From: Octopus sinensis
Lineage: Eukaryota
Direction: 5' to 3'
DNA length: 64,000 nt
NCBI RefSeq assembly: GCF_006345805.1
Contig: NC_043006.1
Span: forward strand, 68,200,001-68,264,000
Position 1 is the first letter of the stretch; the number at the start of each line of letters is the position of its first letter. Positions 59,901 through 64,000 of this stretch are shown here, in pieces. Below the pieces are notes generated by a model. It was given only the letters and a program-made list of their open reading frames with translations. It did not search any database and was not told the origin of the DNA. A program made the position numbers and the translations under genes.

Positions 59901-59946
59901 AGGTCTTCTCTTCTGTTGAAGTTACCTGCAGAATTGTCGCAGACAT
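30880..59946 (-). CDS. CROT: Peroxisomal carnitine O-octanoyltransferase, 616 aa; complement join of 15 exons: 59826-59946,52069-52193,50842-51023,49170-49297,48683-48888,47462-47575,45250-45351,43659-43742,41206-41313,36969-37099,35987-36110,34327-34405,34139-34232,31349-31468,30880-31012
   Basis: Exons total 1851 nt with GT-AG introns and consistent phases. Choline/carnitine acyltransferase motifs that match CROT specifically: TEEKTFQNQDTLPPLP, NWLEKWW..AYL, ESEG..P.HILVLCRGR, GDPTNRWFDKS, catalytic D-H-A-P-S-D, HPDTHVQLALQ, YETA...HGRTET.RSC, GCDRHLL, SGGGGNFYLSTS, GYGIFYHI; C-terminal AHL. Confidence 0.95.
31349..31468 (-). CDS. CROT: CROT coding exon 14 (SGGGGNFYLSTS...YHIEED)
   Basis: Acceptor AATTCAG; donor TT|GTAAGT, phase 2. 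Confidence 0.95.
31860..31985 (+). mobile_element. RTE RT-domain fragment
   Basis: NAIFLVRQLQQ...LAFIHLEKVFDTVP. Confidence 0.7.
32190..32395 (-). mobile_element. Penelope-like pLTR fragment with a degenerate hammerhead core
   Basis: Minus strand reads CTGATGA(32265-59)-a-GACTG-gaaggtttat-CAGCC-GAAACGT. Confidence 0.45.
34139..34232 (-). CDS. CROT: CROT coding exon 13 (GCDRHLL...DPAFTK)
   Basis: Acceptor ACCGTAG after a 94-nt intron; donor AG|GTCAGT, phase 2. Confidence 0.94.
34327..34405 (-). CDS. CROT: CROT coding exon 12 (KAEKLNLM...AQNLE)
   Basis: Acceptor TTAACAG; donor G|GTAAGT, phase 1. Confidence 0.92.
35510..35900. mobile_element. Two SINE B copies tail-to-tail (about 35510-35680 on +, 35715-35900 on -)
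   Basis: GAGTTCAAATT B-box in opposite orientations. Confidence 0.7.
35987..36110 (-). CDS. CROT: CROT coding exon 11 (KPAPTYETA...HGRTETIRSC...AKVS)
   Basis: Acceptor ATTTCAG; donor TCG|GTAAGA. Confidence 0.95.
36210..36951. mobile_element. piggyBac-type MITE with a nested full-length SINE A (about 36385-36900, minus)
   Basis: TTAA at 36206-09 and 36952-55; TIRs CACTTTAG / CTAAAGGG. Confidence 0.7.
36969..37099 (-). CDS. CROT: CROT coding exon 10 (AKTIKC...HPDTHVQLALQYTYYRLYG)
   Basis: Acceptor TTTTCAG; donor AA|GTGAGT, phase 2. Confidence 0.95.
37446..38230 (-). mobile_element. SINE D tail plus long body
   Basis: (CAT)n start, shared core and a purine-rich body. Confidence 0.65.
38940..39630 (+). 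repeat. SINE D with an expanded internal ~66-bp tandem array
   Basis: TAAAAAGC anchors at 39125, 39192, 39258, 39326, 39392 and 39458. Confidence 0.85.
40770..41125 (+). mobile_element. Two tandem SINE B copies
   Basis: Both end in CCAAAATTT(G/A)AAACC(ATT)n. Confidence 0.7.
41206..41313 (-). CDS. CROT: CROT coding exon 9 (GNMTVRDLEPPKEI...MYLNT)
   Basis: Acceptor ACTGCAG; donor ACT|GTAAGT. Confidence 0.92.
43659..43742 (-). CDS. CROT: CROT coding exon 8 (HAPSDGM...KGKWT; catalytic His)
   Basis: Acceptor CTGTTAG; donor ACA|GTAAGT. Confidence 0.94.
44630..45220 (+). repeat. SINE D with an expanded internal ~66-bp tandem array
   Basis: TAAAA anchors at 44653, 44719, 44785, 44845, 44911, 44976 and 45042; tail lies about 30 nt from the CROT exon 7 donor. 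Confidence 0.85.
45250..45351 (-). CDS. CROT: CROT coding exon 7 (LFTKAIAGDPTNRWFDKS...SNLD)
   Basis: Acceptor TTCCCAG; donor GAT|GTAAGT. Confidence 0.95.
45835..46015 (+). mobile_element. Young CpG-rich non-autonomous element, DINE-1/Helentron-like
   Basis: (GTCT)/(GT)n followed by CCGATTGCGCTCAAATTTG; class assignment by resemblance only. Confidence 0.3.
47462..47575 (-). CDS. CROT: CROT coding exon 6 (YYKELLAIHPEN...QDTSE)
   Basis: Acceptor TTTTCAG; donor GAG|GTATGA. Confidence 0.93.
47620..48040 (+). mobile_element. 5'-truncated SINE A
   Basis: Matches the other A copies. Confidence 0.8.
48683..48888 (-). CDS. CROT: CROT coding exon 5 (ESEGETPQHILVLCRGR...RTSWAK)
   Basis: Acceptor GTTTTAG; donor AAG|GTAAGA. 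Confidence 0.95.
49170..49297 (-). CDS. CROT: CROT coding exon 4 (RETLRAQT...LHYFKT)
   Basis: Acceptor GTTGCAG; weak donor G|GTTGGG, phase 1, which fits exon 5. Confidence 0.9.
49595..50655 (+). mobile_element. RTE LINE 3' end plus SINE D units and tail
   Basis: LREKLGIRSI..VQEGQLCWYGHVM, GRPRKT, (GAT)n-like tail. Confidence 0.8.
50842..51023 (-). CDS. CROT: CROT coding exon 3 (LEKWWEDLAYL...WQFLR)
   Basis: Acceptor TCCACAG; donor CG|GTAAGA, phase 2. Confidence 0.95.
52069..52193 (-). CDS. CROT: CROT coding exon 2 (VRPHVSDEEY...SENNW)
   Basis: Acceptor TCTTTAG; donor TGG|GTAAGT. Confidence 0.94.
52510..52745 (-). mobile_element. SINE B
   Basis: Matches the other B copies. Confidence 0.7.
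54362..55130 (-). mobile_element. Helitron 3' portion: degenerate PIF1-type helicase C-terminus and intact 3' end
   Basis: CERAILA, YPVEFLNTL...PPH, RNFDPP.LCNGTRL, FPVKLSYGISINKFQSQSL, HGQLYV; hairpin at 54374-54389, terminal CTAG ending 54362, followed by T. Confidence 0.9.
55561..57183 (+). mobile_element. Internally deleted Merlin (IS1016/IS1595-like) DNA transposon with long TIRs
   Basis: Arms 55561-~55880 and ~56500-57183 are inverted and start with GG; flanks AAACAAAT / AAAAAAAT resemble an 8-bp TSD; internal ORF 55972-56271 has EFL....LPN..ICPH then NF.D....HTQNIERL. Confidence 0.72.
56718..57097 (-). mobile_element. SINE A nested in the right TIR of the Merlin element
   Basis: Full head-to-tail match to family A; interrupts the arm. 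Confidence 0.85.
57400..57595 (+). mobile_element. SINE D 3' fragment
   Basis: Core plus (GAT)n tail. Confidence 0.8.
58270..58860 (+). mobile_element. SINE A with a SINE B (about 58445-58630) nested in its TA microsatellite
   Basis: A head, then B copy, then A tail. Confidence 0.75.
58965..59190 (+). mobile_element. SINE B, near full length
   Basis: GGCGGTGAGCTGGCAGAAAC...GAGTTCAAATTCCGC. Confidence 0.8.
59550..59772. mobile_element. mariner-type MITE
   Basis: TA-flanked TIRs CAAGGGGATGCTGAAAAGTT / AACTTTTTAGCACCCTTCC. Confidence 0.7.
59826..59946 (-). CDS. CROT: CROT coding exon 1 (MSATILQ...QKYLES)
   Basis: ATG at 59946, 4 nt after an acceptor TTGACAG; donor G|GTAAAG, phase 1. Confidence 0.92.
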
Positions 59947-60027
59947 CTTTCTGTCAACAACAATTATAATAACAGATGCAATAATCCGGAGTTTAGTAAA
60001 GCAATATAATAAAGATTCAGAGAAGTA

Positions 60028-60069
60028 CTAGAGAAAGAGATAGATAGATAGATAGATAGATAGATATAG

Positions 60070-60122
<53 letters not shown>
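60028..60122. repeat. (GATA)n-(GA)n compound microsatellite
   Basis: Read directly from the sequence. Confidence 0.9.
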
Positions 60123-60124
60123 GA

Positions 60125-60330
60125 GATGTATGACACACAGAACAACTAGGCATTTCTATGAGACACTACAGGCCATGGTAGGGTTCCAGACAGACAGAAA
60201 GTAACTTGATTGGGAAGCAATACAGCAGATAAAACCATTAAAGCTAAGAGACAAGCCTACAAAGACTGGAAGAAAGAGAGTAGCAGAGAATTATACCAGA
60301 CTGCTAGAAGAGAAGCTAGATGTTAGGTCA
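60125..60330 (+). mobile_element. RTE LINE linker-region fragment
   Basis: IKAKRQAYKDWKKESSRELYQTARREAR. Confidence 0.65.
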
Positions 60331-61529
60331 TAATCATTATTCAATGTCTGTTTTTCCATGCTGGTATGGGTTTGTTGGTTCAACAGGAGCTGGTGAGCCA
60401 GAGGAGAGAGAGAGCCAAGTTCCAATGTTGGCTTTGGCATAGTTTCTATGGTGGTGTGTAGCTAGCACAGCAAAAGAAAAAAACAGAAGTAAGAGTTTTC
60501 CAATGTTCTATGGCACTGAGACCAGAGGCAGGAATCCATTCTGAATTGCAAGACTGAATTGAGATGTTGTGGGGTGAGTGTATGGAATGATAATACAGAC
60601 ATTGTAAAGAAATAATCTTATAAGTGCTATAAAGAAAGGTTACAGGATGATGAGAAAGTGTTTTACCAGATTAGCTCCAACTAAGACACTGGCCATTCAA
60701 GTTGATAGCAGCACACACACACACACACACACTCTCTACTAATCTTTCAGTTTCTGTTAAACAAACCCACTCATCCCTCAGCTTCTATGCTACCTTCCTG
60801 TGTCTCTTTTATTCATCCTTCTCTCACTGCACCACTCCCTCCCTCCTTAACACACTACCCTCCCCCCTACACCTCTCAAATTCAATCTACACTGCCATTA
60901 ATATAAAGTGGGATAACCCTGAATCTCTTCCAACTAACTCCACCCCTACCCACCGTTTTTATCTCTACTTCTCTCTCTCTTTACAATGATTGTGAAAAGA
61001 GGGGTCTTTTTCTTTACAATCACACTTTTGTTAGGCATCACATTCTCTCCTCCCCCAGGTTACCAACTGACACACATTATTCATCTCTTACCACCTCTGT
61101 TCCTTGTTTGGTATCTCTTCTTTGTCACAAAAGGATAGGGTGGTACCACTGGAAAAGAATCAATCAGCTTTCTAGTTGTCTGTTTCTTGAGGGGTCATTA
61201 ATTTTGAGAACTGAGGACAAATAAGTTTCACGACCATCCTTGTCAAAACAACAGCTTCTGAGACCTGTTGTGGTTACTGATTCAGCTATTGTGTGCCCCT
61301 GCCTCTTTTTCACTCCCTACATTTCTAGTTTATCAAGGAGAGAAGCCCTCAAATGTAACTGCTATCCTGCCAGTCTCTTTTTCTTCCTACATCCAAGCTG
61401 TTCTAATTTCTTTAGGGTTCACCAGGATTCCACAGAACTACATGTCATTCTTGATTACTTGAACTGTTGGGCAAAACAAAGTAACCTAATTACATTCTAG
61501 GTAACTAATTTTACTTTTTCATTCTTAGT

Positions 61530-61795
61530 TCATTGTTGTCATGGGTACAACACTTCTAATCGACATATCAGTCTCAACAGATGACAAAATATCTCTAAAA
61601 AAAATGTGTAAATTATCTAAGTACAAAAACATGGAAATAGAATCAACAAGAATGTGATGATTAAAAGCAGTAACAATTCCTACAATAATAGGTGTCTTGG
61701 GAATGATTAAAACATGTAGAGAAATAGATAAACAAAACTCCAAGACCTATAAATATAGCATACTGAAAATAGTACAACTAGGCACTGTATACATA
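61530..61795 (+). mobile_element. R4/Dong-type LINE restriction-like endonuclease C-terminal fragment
   Basis: LIDISV..D...KK..KLSKYKNMEIE..RM**LK...IP.IIG.LGMIK...LGT; WW codons became stops. Confidence 0.7.
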
Positions 61796-61797
61796 CA

Positions 61798-62095
61798 GGT
61801 TAATATCTAGTTTAACACCTAGCTACCAAAACAAACAAAAAAAAGTAATAGGCATAAAAAAATGTGTAATAAATGAATCTGAAAACCAAAATTTGCTCAA
61901 ACAACTTGGAAGGTAAGGAGAGGACTTTTGGAAAATTTACACGATCCAATTTTTTTCCTCATAACTTTTAGGAAAATGGATATCTTTTAATGAAATTTTA
62001 TATAAATACCTTTCAAATGGCATAGATTACGATTATAAAGAAATTTGTGGGAAAAATTATTTCTGGAGGGTGGGGAGAAGAGTTTCGGATCAGGA
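61798..62095 (+). mobile_element. Solo copy of the Merlin TIR arm
   Basis: Starts GGTTAATATCTAGTTTAAC and is colinear with 55561-55850. Confidence 0.65.
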
Positions 62096-63324
62096 AGACC
62101 ACATAAGTTCATTTTTTTTTTACTCCCTTCCATCTCCCCTCCAGACCAATTTTGGCCAATTTTTTGCACTTAAAAACTATGGGAGGAGCTTTTATGATAA
62201 AAAAAGAAAGAAAATTGTAAATATTTTCAGAGGGAAAAGTGTAATTTAATGGAGATTTGGCGGTCATCTCTAGCACATCCCAAGACAACCCACCTTGTTT
62301 CTGCCTCACTGGTGCATGATTTGATGTTTTGCCATATTTTTCTCCATATAAACACATTTATGCTATTAAAAAGTATTTGAAAATTTGATTTTCAATCCTA
62401 CTCCCTACTCCTGATTGTCTCTGATTATAATCTATAATAATAAATGCCAAAACAAATTTCTGTGTGTCAGTGTGTCACACTTTGATCCCCCCTCTCTCAC
62501 TATTCAATAACATTTCTTCTACTCCTCTTGCTGGGATGAGAGTAATAGTAGGCATAGAGACAGTGAGGACAGTAGTACATTGACAGTTGAGATGGTAATG
62601 GGGTGATAATAGCATGAACTGTAGTTGTGATAGAGGCAGAGGCAACGGTGATGGTAGCTGGGGTGTCAAGGGACGTGAAAGACAGAGGTGATGGTGGTGG
62701 AGGGTAAGGTGGCAAAGTCAAATGTGTTGGTGTTGGTGGTGTCAGAAGTCTGAATGGTGTGTAGGGCAGTTGTGGTGGCGATGGTGGTGATACTGCTGAT
62801 GGTGATGGTTGAAAACAATCAACAGAAAGAGAGAGAGACAGGTTAGACAGAAAAAAAAATGTACCTAAGTTGGAGGTAGGCCTTGAAACCGGTTTTATAT
62901 TATGATCAGTAAAACCAAAACAGATTCGCCAAAATCGATTTTAATGCTTGCTGTTTCTATTTATTTTTTTTCGCAAAACATTTCTCCATTTTTTTCTTTT
63001 CATGAAATATCATTGAAACTGAACTAACTGAACTGTTGTCGGTTGCCTTTAGTTGAGAGTGCTGGCTGTTTCATTGAAACATATCGCAACATATCAATTC
63101 TCACCTTCTCTCCCCTTGAACCTTAGATCAGCACCTTGTCATTTCCTTCGCTGACTCTTTGAATTTGGAGGTAACAGAGTTTATTCATAGAAAGTCAAGG
63201 GGATGCTGTTAATCTTCAGTCAGTTGATCTTTCTTGTTGAGCATATGTAATAACCAGTTCTAGATCCATTTCAAGGAAGTAATACTAACTAAATTTTTTC
63301 TTAATTACTTTCATTAGCCCTAGC

Positions 63325-64000
63325 ATGATAAAAAGAAAATCAACTGTTTGGAATTTTTTTGATAGGAAAAACAAAGATGAAGCTCAATGCAATAAGTGTG
63401 ATAAGATCACGAAGTCTTCTGGAGGATCTACTACATCTCTGATCTTGCACTTGAAGAAAATTCATCAAATTGACATATATCAAGATGCAAACCAGCCTCC
63501 AGTGAAAATGACAAGAACAATGGAACACTTTTTAACAAAGAAATCAATGGAAGAAGAAATTTCAAAGTTAGCTGCTATGGATGGATTCTCTTTCAATTCA
63601 ATCGCGAAAAGCGATTTTGTACAGAGAAATATCTTCATAGTCAGAGAGGCAAATATGATAAATTATAACCAACATCTGCAAACGGAGTCAGGAATATGGT
63701 AATGAATTATTACATAACCAAGAAAGAAGAACTTATTCATTATTTCGAAAGAGAAGTAGTGCTAGGGATTCGTTACTCATTGACATTAAATGAATACACA
63801 TCAATTCAAAATAAACGATATATGAACATAAATGTTCATGGGAAAGACAATCATTGATCATTGGGTCTTATTGAGATCCATGGCTCCCTTAATAGCAGGA
63901 GAACAGAGCAATTTGTGAGAGGACATCTTCATGAATTTGGATTGGATTTGGATATACACATTGTTGGCTGTACGACGGATGATGCTTCTATGATGATGAA
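63325..64000 (+). pseudogene. BED-finger hAT transposase, disrupted and cut off by the window edge
   Basis: SxVWxFF..AQCNKC..GSTTSL.LHL..IH BED finger; frameshift near 63625-63668; SLTLNEYTS (first catalytic D reads N at 63789); TGA at 63855; CTTDDASMM. Confidence 0.88.

Overview
Eukaryotic, AT-rich, repeat-dense animal DNA. The SINE, RTE-LINE and MITE families point to an octopus or coleoid cephalopod (inference, not a database match). Two complete intron-containing genes were assembled by hand, all introns GT-AG and all phases consistent. ZNF622 (Rei1-like 60S maturation zinc-finger protein) is on + with 7 coding exons, 22603-30712, 416 aa. CROT (peroxisomal carnitine O-octanoyltransferase) is on - with 15 coding exons, 59946-30880, 616 aa, ending in the PTS1-like AHL. 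The genes converge with only 167 nt between stop codons. The rest is transposon-derived: four SINE-like families; decayed RTE, CR1-like and R4/Dong-like LINE pieces; mariner-, hAT- and piggyBac-type MITEs; a Helitron 3' end; an internally deleted Merlin element; and a disrupted BED-hAT transposase at the right edge. The most notable observation is a 79-bp inverted repeat (6761-6944) whose arms each fold into a complete type I hammerhead ribozyme, one per strand, with a splice donor consensus in the loop. Two further degenerate hammerhead-like motifs occur elsewhere. No prokaryotic features or CRISPR arrays were found. Most short ORFs in the supplied track are repeat-derived artefacts. Repeat boundaries are approximate unless a TSD or TIR is given.
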